The notes beneath the pieces are model-generated. The model did no database searches and was not told the origin of the DNA. It saw only the letters and a list, made by a program, of their open reading frames with translations. DNA of 64,000 nt from Lingula anatina (lineage: Eukaryota > Animalia > Brachiopoda), in NCBI GenBank assembly GCA_051362555.1, contig CM120645.1:6510001-6574000 (forward strand), read 5' to 3'. Below are positions 1-44,279 of the stretch, one piece after another. How positions within the stretch are numbered: position 1 is the first letter of the stretch; each line of letters starts with the position of its first letter. Both the position numbers and the translations under genes were made by a program.

Positions 1-60
1 TGTGTTAAATTGTTTATCAATTGTGCTCAAGCATGCAATGAGAGTTCATCTGTTCAGCAT

Positions 61-29788
<29,728 letters not shown>

Positions 29789-32700
29789 ATTGGCCCACCC
29801 GATTTTCATCACTGGGCTACTCGTTTACCTTTTCCTTTGTGCGTCGCAAGTTCGGCAAGTGCCTGTTCCCTGATTCTCACTGAGCGTGTAAACGTAATGA
29901 TACCAAATCACTGCAGAGGAGCTGTCGTCAAGGTAACTGACAACACACACAGCACGGGCAAAGTGCCTTGCTCCTAAATCCTTATTAGATTCTTATTAGG
30001 TTCAGATTCCTAGCGTAAGTCCCCTGTGCTTGCAAGTCCTCTAACCTATGTTCTGAGAATGGCGTGTACGTAGCACTGCTACTTACTACAAATGCCCCCG
30101 CCCTGCATCTATCCGACTTGAACTGCCTGTACGCCGTTTCGTCACATGGCAACGGCCAGATCAGATGTCATGTACAAATTCCCGCCACTCGCGGTTAAGT
30201 GTTTAATCTAGAATTCGTCTGATTGGTTAACATGCATTTATACTGAAACAACATGATGTTAACTGAAGACGCTTGTCAGTGAGTATTTTTACAGGAGCAG
30301 GGTCTTTAAGGTTTCTTTCCCGGATTTTAACAGGTGAGATTTTTTTCATGCATAGTAGAAAATGCTGCACATTTTCTTTGTTTGACATCTCTTTTTTCTC
30401 GCTTTCAACTTACGCACACCCTTGATGTAAGTTAAGCTCATGACTCAAATATTTGACGTTTTCATATCGCTTTTCATGACTTTTAATGTTGAAAACGCCT
30501 TGTTGTGGTTTCCGCAGTTGGACCTTGTTTACATTTAACCTTCAATGTAAAAACGTGGTTTATTCTAGGAGCGTGCCACCGCTTTTATGACGGCAAAAAG
30601 TTATGCTTATTGATTATTGCATTTTTTTCACTAAATACTGCTACAAATAAGATTTTGATTATAAAAAATCTTTTCAGGATATAGATGTGGTAATGGTGGT
30701 TAACCGCGTAATTGTATATTTTTTCCATCTAACGCACTGTTACGACAAAATTCTTAATACAAGAAATAAGTATTTCAACTTAACCGAACTCAAAAGGTAC
30801 TTTTCTATACTTAAAACGCATTGCTTTTTCATTGACAGTTCTTCAAAAGTCATATTTTAACAATTTTAGAAGAAAGTAGTTTTCTTTGGTCTCCTGGTAA
30901 ATTTTATCAACCTGGTTGTATTGGCAAAATCATAAACGAGTCGACACTATATATGCGTCATTTTTTGGAAAACCTGAAGAGAGGGAAGCCCAAGTAGGGA
31001 CTTACGTTTTAAAGAAAAGAAAAAACAATCCAATAAATAAATAGATAAACAAGTAAATGAATACAGAGATCAAAATGAACAGTTACATGAAGAGACAGGC
31101 CAAGGTATTCACCCCGATTTATTTTCAAATTACGCCGAAAAAAATATTTTTAATTTCTTCTGTAGGCTCTGTTCACTCGTGCAGTCTACCGTATTCGGAT
31201 GGGGTCACGACCACCAGCGAAACACTAACTGTACATTGTTTTTCACCAATGAGGCGTGTGTTTACTACGTCTCACGGGACAAGAGATAACCTGAAAAACT
31301 GGTTTACAAGAGAGAGAAAAAGAGGGAAAACATAAAAAGATGTTACGGATGTGGATATTATTGCCTTCCATGCCCCGGATTTGCCCAATTCAAATCTCAT
31401 CACTTCCATATGTCTGGTAGGAGAGGTGAAAGTGCCAGCGTCAAGGGTGTGAAATGTTCCCATGTTTGTATTTTGTTTTTATCTCCGCGTTTCCAGTACG
31501 TGTCTTTTGCAAGATAACACTACACGTTAATTCTTTAACTTTTTTTCTTGAAGCAGACAAATGGAGGGCGGTGTTGTACAAGTTTACCGCAAACAGTTCA
31601 TTTGAGTGATATATCCATCCTAGGCGTTTAGAAAACAGGATATTTTCCCTTTTTATTGAACGTTTTCAGTGACTAAGTATTAACAACAATGACAATGTCA
31701 GCGGACTTGTCCCGAGCATATTTAAACTGATGAAAATCAAAAATGGATTAAAAAGGTCCCTACATGACTTGATGTTTCCTCCTATTTTGCGCTCTGGGGC
31801 ACTATAAGCCAATTATCAATTATCATTCTCTCTCTTTCTCTCATAACTCTCTTTCTTTTATTGTTATCATTTAATTAATTCATCTTTTCTTTTTTTTTTT
31901 TTTTTGGGGGGGGGGGGGGTGGTTTAAGATACACGACTGGTAAGTCAATTGTATGGGAAAAGCGCCATCAAATGGAATAGATACGTTATGAATGGCGTCT
32001 GTCATCTGAAGTCATGAAATAGAAACCGTTTGAAATCTTCCCATTTTCTTTGCAGATAGTCTTTTCTTTTATCCCAAGGGTATATCTTATAGCCACTTGA
32101 GTCAATGAACATAATATCCCTGCTCAAAAATGACCTTTTTTACTCGAAATGAGAATCCAAAACCGTTCATTTATCTTTGGTCAAATAAAGAAAAGGTATG
32201 GACTTTCAATATTACAGTGTTGTTGCTACATTTTTTTTCTGAAAATTGTTGAGAACGCAAAGGATTTTCGCTGTCTGAACTTTTAACTAAGGAACATGTA
32301 ACCGCATATTTTCTTTCTCTTTTAATAGCGTGTGAAGCGTTGAAAACTTACGTAGCAGAAGGGATATTACGAAGAGGGTTTATAGATGTATTCCCATTCT
32401 TTGGTCTTGCTTTTCTTCCCTGGGAATGATCAATGTTCAATAAATGTTTTACCTGTGCAAAAATTACAATTAACAATTACGGACATGTTACATTGTTGAA
32501 CAATATGTTCTTTGTAACATTTCCGTCAATCCTCTGCACTTGAAGCTTATTATTTGTGACGGCCGTGACGGTCTTAGGGGAAGAGGAGTAGCCTACACTA
32601 AAGGACGCAAAGCTTACATCGTATAGGAAAACCCTAGAACTTCACCGATGTCAATTAACCGGTTTGATTTAACAGTGTTGTTTAAACGATATGTAAAACA

Positions 32701-35700
32701 GAACGCGTACATAAGCGTTTTAGTCAATTGCAGGTACATGTATTAAGAAGTGTTGCAGACAAAGGGTACGTCCTTGAGATTTCAACGTGATAAAAAGTGA
32801 AGCACGACTTTGCCAGCTGGCTTCATCATCAATGAAAAATTTTAGTAGGCCCTACTTACTGAACCTTTCAATTTGGCACTGCGGCTCTGCTTTTAGTACC
32901 GAAAATGTAAATTTGGAATGTAAATTTGGAAGTGAAAAAGACACGCCATATAAATGGCTAGTGGGATTAATCAAGACAACAGAAATTTTGCCTACAGTTT
33001 TTTCAAGTCGGAAGATAAAACGATGCTTCAGTGTAAGGGCGCGGCAAAATGAGAAATCGTACTAGGGCGATAACAAACTTTTAGGCCACTCATAGTAAAA
33101 GGACCAAAGTCATAGAAACAAAGCCCTGGGCTTGTAAGTTTTTATAAAAAATTAAAACAAACTTCCCAAAGGGCCAATTAAAGACGGGGATTAAGTACAG
33201 TGTCCAACGGATGACGCTCTGGCGCCAATTTGAGGGGAAAAATGCCGTTTTCGGTATTGGGATTTTCTCTTTAACCAAGACAGCTATTCAAGTGATTCAA
33301 AAGGCCTCATAAAACTGGGTGAAAGCACTACAGCGGGGTACCAGGGAATTGTCTTAAACTATCTACTTTTGATTTTATCATCTTTTACGTTAAATCAGCC
33401 CAAATTTCAATGGGTTATTCACTTCAAAAGGCGATAACTTTCAAACAAACAATTTCCTCTTAAACCCCTGATATCATGCTGTAGTCCACATTCCTAACAA
33501 CAATAGGTGCAACTTTTGTAACGATCGGTTGCTCAGATAGTGAGATATACTTGACAGCGATTCACTTATATTGTCAATATAGAAAGCTGTTAAAACAGCC
33601 AAAAACGTTCACAGGTTGGTTAACAGGGCTTATTAGTCAAATGCTTAGCTGGCAAATTTACCTGTTATCGGTTATACGATCAGATAGAACCATTGCTTAT
33701 TGTCATCTAAAAATATTTTGTTTGGGTGCTTTGAAAGGGCAGAAAATCGTGCTTTTGTTACATTTTCCGACCACTCGTTAGGCCTGTAAGCGTGCCGCCA
33801 ATTTGATTGACAGCTCTGGAGAGGGCCTAGCCTAGTGATGCCCAGTAGGGTGTCAAGGATATGTAGAAGGAAGCGCTAACAAAGGCGATTACGTTTAACC
33901 GCAATTAAGAGGTGTGAAGTTGCATTTGAACGTTTCAATGGTTCTTCCTCGGCAATCGAGTAATTTTACCTGAGAGATTCCTTTTCTGTTATCGGCAAAG
34001 TGATCAGATAAAACTGTCTGTCGAGAGCAAATGGCCGTCACTTGTGTTAATACGAGTTTTTTGACCGGTAACGCTGCAGGATTATTTTGCACGGCACTTG
34101 GTAATCGTCAGATCAACGGAAAAATCCAGTGATTACTTCAGAGCGGTATCTCTCAAAATGCCAGCTAAGATAAAGGGGAGACGCTCAGCTGCACAAGATT
34201 CAGCGGTAAAAGTGGCTGAGAGAAGGCTTTTGAATAAATATTTTATTTTTACACACATGACACTTGGACCCTATTTGCGTTTTACCTGCTAGTCTTGACT
34301 ATTCTCGGTGTCTTTCTGTGATTTTCATTTTTGGATACATTTTGAACTCTTTCTTCACGCTTGATCAGTGATTTTGAAATTGTTTTTCTCCAAACATCGC
34401 AAAATGCAAAGCCGCTAACATGCGTTTTTATTTTTATTGTTTTAATCATGCTGTCAACCCTTGCTTGGATTTCTCTCGTTTGGCCATTCACATCACAATT
34501 TTTCGCGTGTCTCTCAAGCTCCATGATATCATATCTTGGAGAATAAAATTTTATTCTGTCAACATTAGATTTACCTTTTGCAAATGGCGACCAACAATCA
34601 TTCCGGTTTCGTAACGTGTCGCAGATACGCTCGCCGATATATATCGCAAAAATTAAGAGCTAGTCTAAAAGTATCCTTTTTAGCGTTTTTATTTATTTAT
34701 TTATCGATTTTTCTTTCATTTGTCCATTAATTTAAACGATTCGATTAACTCTTTCACCCATTTATTAGGTATACAGAAATCAGTCATCCGACTGAACAAA
34801 TAGGGCCGGGTTTCCCCAACCGCCACGCATAGGCCCTACTCTCTTTCAAAATTTTCTTTCTTTCCTCTGGAAATGGACTTTTAACACGAACTTTTCTCTT
34901 CCCCATAGTGTACTAGCTAGACTTCTTCGCTGCTAAGCTGATGTAAGACTTATGACCTATTACCGCACACGTAATCGGCTTATAACTCATTAACTGTGCT
35001 CCGACCCCCTCATGGCAACGGCCCTTAGTAACAGAGGCGTGGCTTAGTTGTCAGCCTGACTGGGGCACGTGCCGGTTGAAAAACTCATCAAAAGACACAT
35101 TTTGCAATGCAAATTCATAAAAATTATTACATCCAACGTTAGATACTTTTTTGATTAATATAAACACACAAAAAACTCAAAAACATGATTTTAAGCGTAG
35201 TTAACCCTATCACCGGCCTTAATCTGACTTCTTATTGAATAATATCGGGGATAAAATGGGGATGCGATTCTTGAGGTGAGATGCATAGCTACTTAAAGTT
35301 CATTTTGGGAGGGAGGGAAGGAGCGAAAAAAACACAACAGAAAAACGGCAAACAATACCTTTTAGCCTGACGTTTTTGTTTATTTACGCAGATGCTAGCG
35401 TCTCAAATGTGAAGAATTCTTTTATTTCCAGCTGCTTTTTTCGTCGTAAAATCTGGTCAATTTCAAAAGTGAATACAAAAGTGGCACTATCGTACCTTCA
35501 GTAGTCAGTATTCATATATAACCTCATATATACACTGGCAGATCCGGTATGTTTTCTAGATTGGCTCCGTTTTACTTTGCAAATACAATGTATAAGACTA
35601 CAGCTATTTTAATGTCTCATTACTGTGTTATAGTTTTTTGGGGGAGGGAGGGGGGTACCTCCACAGCTAGGGTTCTGTGAACGTGACGCACTAACCTCCC

Positions 35701-36889
35701 TCCTCTAGAAACTGTTATACACGGTCGCATTCAACTCTCAAAGAAAATACCGTGTTGATGGCTAACAAATTTTAGGATTTGGTGACGGTATTAACTCTTA
35801 ACCCACGTTTTGTTTGGTTTCAGGGGGAGGGATCGGTGGGTTAAAACGAACCACCCTTTTGGACAGAAAAAAGTCTGCTCTGGATAATATTTGACCTATG
35901 TACACAGAGCTTTCATGGTATAAGGTCCACTTTTTTTTAGAAAAAGACCCCCCCCCTTGAAACTGCTGGCTTTGGGCCTGTAATGCTCAATAAAGTTATA
36001 GCATGAAGCAGACACTTCACGGCAATCAACCTGTGTACCTCCTGGATTAAGTCTAAACACGGGATAAGTCAGAGCGGTGCTGAATGCAGCCCAGGTTCAC
36101 CGTATGTCCCAGATACTCCGTAGATCTCCGTACAGTTGTGAACAGCATTCCTGTTAACTTGCTAAGCCTGGCCAGTTTACAAAAATGTCTCAAGTTAATA
36201 AAAACACAGATAGTTCTGTCTATAATGGACATCATTCCCAGCTGGGTGTCTGGTCAATTTTCACATTCACTCCATTCCAGGACCCTTCTGCGTCTCAAGT
36301 CTTCAGCTGTTATACAGTCAAGTCTTTAAAAGATATCTTTTGCAGGGGAGAGAAGTAATACAGACTGCATACCTGTGGTTTTAGATTTCTTTTTCTAATG
36401 AAGCTCTGATAAAACAGAGGCTTTTAAAAGTTTGGTTACTTACTCATCCCTTCTTGCAACTGCATGACCAATATTCAGAAATGGTCAGTTTTGAGGCACT
36501 CAAAGTGTTCACAAATACACTTAGGGGAAAAAGGAGAAGAATAATAGGATGAAGAAAAAAGTCACTTCTAATATCAGCAATAAAAACTGTAATCACATTA
36601 GGCCCAGTCCCCAATGATATCACTAAATGAACACTTAAATTTTGATTGAGCAAGCAAGACACACAGGAAGTTGTTTATGGAGTTATGCTACAAAGGAATG
36701 GTATGATTGTAATTATGTCCATTGAACATATGTATAAAATATGATTCAGGGATTTTTGTGTGGTATTTGCTGCTTTTACTAAAAGGCAGCAGCATACACT
36801 GGCTGGCAGAGAATTTTGATAAGTGCATGGTGGGAGGAAGACACCCCAAGTTTCAGGGAGCACTTGAAACCTGCCCTCTCTGCTGCATG

Positions 36890-37058
36890 CAGGCTTGTAG
36901 GCAGTGATTTCTAAAAGGGGGGAGGGGATATGAAAAAGTGGACCTTTTTCCATAAAACCTACATATGTACCTAGATCAAATTTTGCCCAAGGTGGATATT
37001 TTCCAAGCAAAAAGGGTGGCTGATTCGAACCCCCCAAACCCCCCTGGCTATGGGCCTG
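36890..37058. mobile_element. Short CAGG...CCTG MITE; related degenerate copies at ~35821-35980 and ~25002-25195 (opposite orientation)
   Basis: Imperfect TIRs CAGGCTTGTAGGCAG / CTGGCTATGGGCCTG; shared internal blocks (CGAACCACCC, AAGGTCCACTTTT, CCCCCTTGAAA.TGCTGGCT). Confidence 0.6.
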
Positions 37059-37724
37059 ATGTGTCAGCATGCTTCCACTTACAGGATCTGCAGAATTATT
37101 TAGATAGTATTTATCAATTTTGGTTAAAGTTTTGCTTGATTTGATGGAAGGGAAGGAAGCAGAAATTTGCTGGAATTAAAAACGTTTAAAGAAGCCATGC
37201 AGATGGAGGGTGTTTGCCCCCAAGATGCACCTATGACTTAGGCACTTACAAAAGCCCACACAGCAGAACATGCTCAATCCTCTTAAAAAGACAAAATATA
37301 TTTCTTGCACCTAATATTTATGATCTTAATGGTTATTTTCAACTTCGATCAATTAAAATTGTATATGTGGAACGAAGATATAGATATGGAATAATGGATA
37401 TCATTGCAGAACACAATCACTAATAACATTAAAGCTTTTTATTAAATCTCTCAGTCACATCTGTTGAATCAATCAATAAGATGTGACAGGGTGAAAAAAT
37501 CTTCAGCTAAAACCAGATGTCGAGCACATTCTTCTAGTGGTCAGTCTAGGAGCAAGGCAATCAGACCGGCTGGTCGCCATGGTGATTTCCTGACCCTCAG
37601 ATTGACCTTTTATACAGAGAGACAAATGATATCAAGATGATGACCAGAGGTCAAATGGGAAAGAATATGATCCATTGTGTGTACTGTGTTTGTTGACACA
37701 TCATGTGTTTGGACATCAATGTCT

Positions 37725-37862
37725 TTCTGTCTGTCTGTCTGTCTGTTTGTCTGCCTGTCTGTTGTCCATTTGTAGGCTGGTATGTTTCAACGTCTCCCTG
37801 CCTGTCTGCCCATCTGTCTGTCTGTTTGGGTCTGTCTGTATGTCTGTCCGTCTGTCTGTCAG
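37725..37862. repeat. Degenerate (GTCT)n microsatellite
   Basis: Seen directly. Confidence 0.85.
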
Positions 37863-38025
37863 TCCCTGGACTACAAAGAGAAAAACTTTAGCCCATCATA
37901 AAAAGCTCTCAGTCACAGTTTAACCCAATCTTAATGACATGAAATAATGAGCCAATTAGGGAGAGTGGTCAGTATAATATGTATGGTGGTAGCAAGCAGT
38001 GTCCAGCTGCTTCTGATTCCAATCC

Positions 38026-39049
38026 TACCATGGCCCATAGGAGCCTACGCGTGCGTCTTTTAGACGCCCCTTTACATGCGAAAACGACAAGGCCTATGCC
38101 GAGTTCGTCTTTTACTACGAAAATGGCATGGCTGTGTCTCTTTCGCCACTTACTGAACTCCAGAGATGCGAGATTAACACGACCCATGTCGCGTTTGTCT
38201 CTCAAAAGACACTGTTATAAAACATGAAATAGGCATTACGTGTGATTTTCGCAGCTGAATAAGTAGACCCTTATAAACGAAGTTGACGTGACCTTAGAGT
38301 CATGTCGCTTTCAACTTTTACAAACCTCCAACAAAATCTATCTCCACACAGACGCGCGCGACATGTACTATTGGACATGGGTCAGTTGAAAGCGACATTA
38401 ACCTAAATGGCTCATGTTACTTTCAGCCAATTAATTTGAAACAGAAGGACGGTCTTAAAACCCTTTATATTTGAATCCTTGAAAATAAAAATATGAGGCC
38501 ATATAATTATTACAAGCAATTAGCCACACTGTTATCTAGATAGCACTAAATTATGATGGGATTCAAATGAAAAAAATGTTTTGGGACAGCACAACACTGT
38601 TTCAAATTAATTGGATTTGACATATAAGAGTTGGCTGAAAGTAACATGAGTCCTTTAGGTTAATAGGGTTTCAACTGACCCATGTCCAATAGTACATGTC
38701 GCGCGCGTCTGTGTGGAGATAGATTTTATTGTAGGTTTGTAAGAGTTGAAAGCGACATGACTCTCAAGTTACGTCAACTTCGTTTATAAGGGTCTACTTA
38801 TTCAGCTGCGAAAATCACACGTTATGCCTATTTCATGTTTTATAACAGTGTCATTTGAGAGACGAACGCGACATGGGTCGTGTCAATCTCGCATCTGTGG
38901 AGTTCAGTAAGTGGCGAAAGAGACACAGCCATGTCATTTTCGGCTCTCAAAGCTCTGTAGTAAAAGACGAACTCGGCATAGGCCTTGTCGTTTTCGCATG
39001 TAAAGGGGCGTCTAAAACACGCACGCGTAGGCTCCTATGGGCCATGGTA
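38026..39049. mobile_element. Long-TIR non-autonomous DNA transposon, IS3EU-like
   Basis: ~400-bp TIRs beginning TACCATGGCCCATAGGAGCC; termini TAC...GTA; 6-bp TSD CAATCC (38020-38025, 39050-39055); short AT-rich spacer. Confidence 0.85.
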
Positions 39050-41136
39050 CAATCCAAACAGTAATGTAATGCACACAAGTGGACTGAGCTGGACACACCC
39101 CAGGAAGCCATTAGTTCAGGAACGCTAGCCTTAGAGGCCGTGGCTTGGATAGAGAATTAACTTGTTAAGGTGGATCAGTATGTTAAGATCCTCTCCTTTA
39201 CCTGATTAGATAATGCAGGAATAAATGTTGTAATGTTATGAGATGATGCTGTCACGTCAAAAATACATCAAGTGCCGATTTGAGCTGATGACATAAAAGT
39301 AACATTTATTGTAGTGAAAATTATGTTTTAGATTTCACTTACATCTTCCTCACCTGAAAAGCTGTCAACATGCATTTAAGGCCTATTAAATCACAACCAT
39401 AAGTGCTACAATATGGTGCCAGAGAATCTTTTTGAAAGTCTTACTCCTGAATTTATCAGTAAAGAAGCAAAATTATGTCTTTGTTTGATGGATTAGGTGC
39501 TCATATCTTATAAACAAAACAAAAAAATCAAAAGCAAATGCTGGCACTAGACTTAAAAGTTTGCAGCAACGGGTTTCCAAGTTTGCAGAAAAAATTTTTT
39601 TTTTCTTGCCACAAATTCGCAAGAAGGAATTGCAGTTTGCAGCAACATTGTATTAAACTTGCTGCAAATTCGCTGCAAATTTGCAGCAGGCCTGACATTT
39701 TGCTAATGGTAAGACATTGCACACAAGTGTTCCCAAGCTCAAACACTGTTAACTAGACCCATTACAGATTTTGATAAATCAACGTTTCCAATAGGAAACA
39801 AATATGGTGGAGGATTCTAAGTAAGTCACAACAAAATGCACCAGAGCTTCCTCCAATCTTCTTGCCACCACTGTGGTGAAACCTCCGACTCTCAGGGTGG
39901 CTACTTTTGGCCCTCTTTAGTTGGAAAATAGCCTTGAATCCAAGGGCAACTAGATGGGTTTTCAGCCTGCTGGGTGTGGAATGAGAGATGTAATCAAAGA
40001 CCAGATTTTAAACAATGCACTCCCCTGGTGCAAATTACACTTAATTGAATTTACTTATCAGTTTTTTTTTCATTCTCTGAAGCAATATGCACTGGTTTGG
40101 CCCATGTGGTTATGATATTCTCTCTGGTTCAGATCACATTAAATCAAACTTGAGGGTGGTTAGAGACACTGTATAACCAGGCAACCAAATTAATCAAATG
40201 TTGTTATTAGGTATAAAATAAACAAAAGACTTGAGAGTTTGAAGTGTGGTGGTGGTTACCTTGTCATGTGGTGGTGGTGGTGGTGGTTACCTTGTGGTTT
40301 ATATATTATGACACAGTTTGGTCAATTTTAGTCTAAGTTTTGTCTGATGTGAACACGGTGGTAAAGGTACATCTCACCGAGTTTTCTGTGCTGAATGTTA
40401 AATCTATGGAATATATACGTAAAGTTCATATTGTTCTATATAAAACAATTTTTCAATACCTTTTTCTTTTGCATAAGTAATATAACACTGATGAATAATG
40501 AAAACAAAAAGAAAATATTTCTGCTTTCAGATTATCCACATATTTTAAACCTTTTAATATCCACTAACTTAATGAAACTTCTCATTTCTTGGCCTTTAGG
40601 GAAATCCATATCCTTATCAAAAATTTTATTTGTTTTTTCTATTTTTAAGTATCTCAGCAGATTTTGCCACTACCCTTGATCTTTACAATCAAATTATGAT
40701 ACACACATTAAAACTGTTTTTTAATAACAATTTTATTCCATATGAAACAATTCCATTGCACCCTCAGACATTTGTATAATGACTGACGTACGTAATTAAG
40801 TGCAATCTTACCATTACATATAGTACCAATAACATGCATTGCGTGCATCAAAACAAGACATAACTTCTAAAAGTACAAAAGAAGGCAAAAAACATGGGAC
40901 TCTTATCTGTCGCTGTGTTTACACTCCTCAACCACCCCCATGTCTTGCCCTTGCAAACCATGAAATATAATCTCTCTGTTTTTTCCCTTACAGCATCATA
41001 ACATAAATCAAAGGTACCCCACAGCTAGTATCAACACTGCAAGCCACCGCCTACTGTGGATATCACTTGGTATTAAGTCCTGTCTGTGAGGTCAAAGCCT
41101 GGGTATCGCTGTGTCCCTTTGTACTAAAGCTACCAG

Positions 41137-41141
<5 letters not shown>

Positions 41142-41178
<37 letters not shown>
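41142..41178. repeat. (GA)n microsatellite
   Basis: Seen directly. Confidence 0.9.
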
Positions 41179-43191
41179 ATGTAAAGGTGATGTATGTCAA
41201 GTGTACTTGTTTGCAAATATAACAAATAAAAAGTTAAAATTGTTGTAAAATTGTACTGTATGCAATATTTTGCATATACTTGCATAACATTCACCTTGTA
41301 ATTGACAAGTCACATTTGTTTTACAAATATAGTTGAAATTTGCCAGAAGGTCCTGTGGTAAAAAAGCAGAACAGGTAAAAAAGTGGATAATATGTGATTT
41401 TTTTTGGGTATTTTTGGTCTCTCCACGTGCATCAAACATAATGGTGACCACAGTGATGACAGTTTTGCTGACAGCAATGGCAACGCCATGGAAAAAAAAG
41501 GCGATCAGAAAATATGAACACAAACAGACACTTAAAAAAGGGCAGCTGAGATGGAGAGGTGAGATGAGTGAGATCTGCATGTCAAATCAACCCGATCAAC
41601 TGCACAGAAACCATCAAGGTGGCTCCCTTCAGACTTATAAATGTCAGATTAAATGTGAGATTTCCCAGTCAGAGCAAACTGTATGTGATTTGAAAGGATA
41701 TTTTCTCTGGGTCAGTTTTTATGAACTTTGTGAGAATATCCCTTGGAAGCTGCTATATTGTTTTCAACAAAATCTTCTGCATAATAGAGAAAGTTAACAA
41801 ACAGACTAAATTGATTACCAGTTGAAATTGATTTAGGGAAAGCACAAATTTCAACAATGATATTTAAAAGTTGACCTTTACTTGTAGATTTGAAAATATA
41901 CATATCCAACGGACTTCAAAGAAAATGATACAAGTCCAACTTAAAGTGTTTCCAAAACCATCTGCAAATTTAAGTGTAGATTTCAGCTTGACACAGCAGA
42001 GAAAAATTCCCAACAGTCTCACATCAGGAAATTACTTATTACAATCTGCATACATAAAATTTGAAAATGCACAATCATATGATTTGATCATACAGATTAC
42101 GCACAAGTTTTAAAAAAATTAATTGAGATCACAACTGTGATATTACATCATGTTCCCTGCCATAATTGCTGTTCTTTTTTGGGGGTGTCTCTGATAGAGC
42201 CTGTCTTCACCATGGCCCACACACACAGAGTCTGGTCTGTGTAATGAACCCTCACTAAGCAGTCTAGACATTCTCTGTGCTGAGAGAAGCAGTTGCAATT
42301 ATGACCCAAGAAATTAAATCAATTTGGACTGTTTTTACATTACACATAAACATACAGATCCGAGACTCTAAAAACGTGAGTAGACTTTTTAAATTGCATT
42401 AGGTGTCAATTATAGGTTTGGAATATCTGCCCTAACTCACACAAAAGTTTCTAAGATATGATTCGCTGAAATAATATGGCCACATTCATGTATCACTTAG
42501 ATCCTACCACTTCTTTTTCTACAAGTTGTAACACAAACACACTCTGTTCCTTGCTGTGCATAAAAACCAGCCACATGTAAACAAAAGGGTGATTTCTTTA
42601 AATAAGGTATGTGTCAGTTTGGTAACTTGAAACCAAAATGGGTGACAAATCACAATTTTCCCAGGCCATACAGATCTTCCTTGCACTGCTGCAAAGTTAA
42701 AAGTTATAGCTAAAAATATACAAAATAAGGAGTCTGAGATCAAGACCCACTGAACATTTCTAATAATTGATTACTTGGCCCCTTTTCAGATTGAGTGGTA
42801 TTCTTTAGTGATACAGTGTGTACCAGTAGCCAGTTAGTATACATAATACCCTTTCAAAAATCCTCAAAGATGTTAGATAAAAAAGCAATAAATGAATTAC
42901 ACTGTCTTCAACAGCCCTCACAGTTATTATAAAATGTCACTTATGATCCAGTATTAACAAAATTAGATGCCCTAAGGTACATAATACAATTCAATTCATC
43001 TTCAATGTATTGCTTACGTAACCCTTTTTGTTGTAATTCTTAACATAGCAGAATATTGCATACTGTGAAGACCATGCATAACATTCATGTAAGTACATTA
43101 ACACTTTTTGGACTTTATCCACCATTTATCATTCCCTAAATTCTCTTCCACTTTGTAAATACAGAATCACTTCAAGTATCTCAAACATTTA

Positions 43192-43448
43192 GGCTTCGTT
43201 CACATGCAATGTCTATTTTCTAAATTCTATTTTCTATTTGCGGTATGTCTTACGATCACGGTCTGTGGCCTGAATATCCCGCGGCGTAATTACTGGCAGC
43301 GCGAGCCAGTTACTATAAGTTACTATAAGTAACTGGCTCGCGCTGCCAGTAATTACGCGGCGGGATATTCAGGGCACAGACCGTGATCATAAGATAGCGC
43401 AAATAGAAAATAGAAATTAGAAAATAGACATTGCATGTGAACGAAGCC
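43192..43448. mobile_element. Palindromic 257-bp MITE, copy 2
   Basis: Same family as 28604-28860; flanks TTA / TAA. Confidence 0.9.
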
Positions 43449-44059
43449 TAAAACAATCAACATGAGAATACCCCTTTGTAGTTATTGTAATGGATCTTCA
43501 CTCCCCTTCTGTAGCAACCTTGAAAAAAAACTATATATATTTTCTTGAAGAGACTGGCACTATTGCTCTGAAACCCAAGGTGGAGTTGCAGAAAACCATG
43601 AAACCCATCCATCCATTAAAACAGGTGTGTCAGATAGAGCTCCACAGGGAAGAGGACCATGTCAGGTGACCCACCACAGGGAACAGGTGTAGTTTGTGTG
43701 AAGCAGCATGGTATCAGACAGAGAGAGGTGGGGGTTAAACCAATTTACAATATTTTCAGATGTATTAGGTTCAATATTGAATGCTCTAGGAATCTGGCAG
43801 AGTGTTTCATCATACTTGACAGTAATTAGGATGTATTTGCAACAACAACTGTCAGGTATAAGATCCTCATAAGGTAGTTCACCTCAAATAGCTTCTATTA
43901 ACTAGAGGATCAGAGAGGCGATACCGCCTCTGGATATTGTACCACCAGCTGGAGTAAGCGCATTCTCATGGAAACCCCACCCCCAAAAAATGAACACCAC
44001 CACCAGTCTTGTGCTTGACAAGCTCTATAAAATGCAATAAACAAGAGTTCTCAAAATAT

Positions 44060-44061
<2 letters not shown>

Positions 44062-44110
<49 letters not shown>
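44062..44110. repeat. Poly(A) tract inside the HINE
   Basis: ~49 consecutive A. Confidence 0.9.
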
Positions 44111-44111
<1 letters not shown>

Positions 44112-44279
44112 ATCGAACAAACATAACTGTTCAAATAAAGCAGATGTTCAAATTGAGCTGTATTTTCCTAACACTGAACACTCCTGTGATTTTCTAGACA
44201 ATAGGCCTATTGGTTTTCCTTGAAATGCATTATCAGTATTGCAAATTTGCTGTCAAAAGAGAAAACCTAGGGACAACAG

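Noticed and set aside
36053-36345. GC-richer block with 60-81-aa ORFs
   Set aside because: No recognisable domain and no consistent splice-frame model.
37969-39064. Paired near-identical ORFs (37969-38205 minus, 38855-39064 plus)
   Set aside because: Mirror images produced by the long TIRs; non-ATG starts and no transposase motif.
41197-41797. 127-154-aa ORFs on both strands
   Set aside because: No domain signal or splice context; composition looks like UTR or intergenic sequence.
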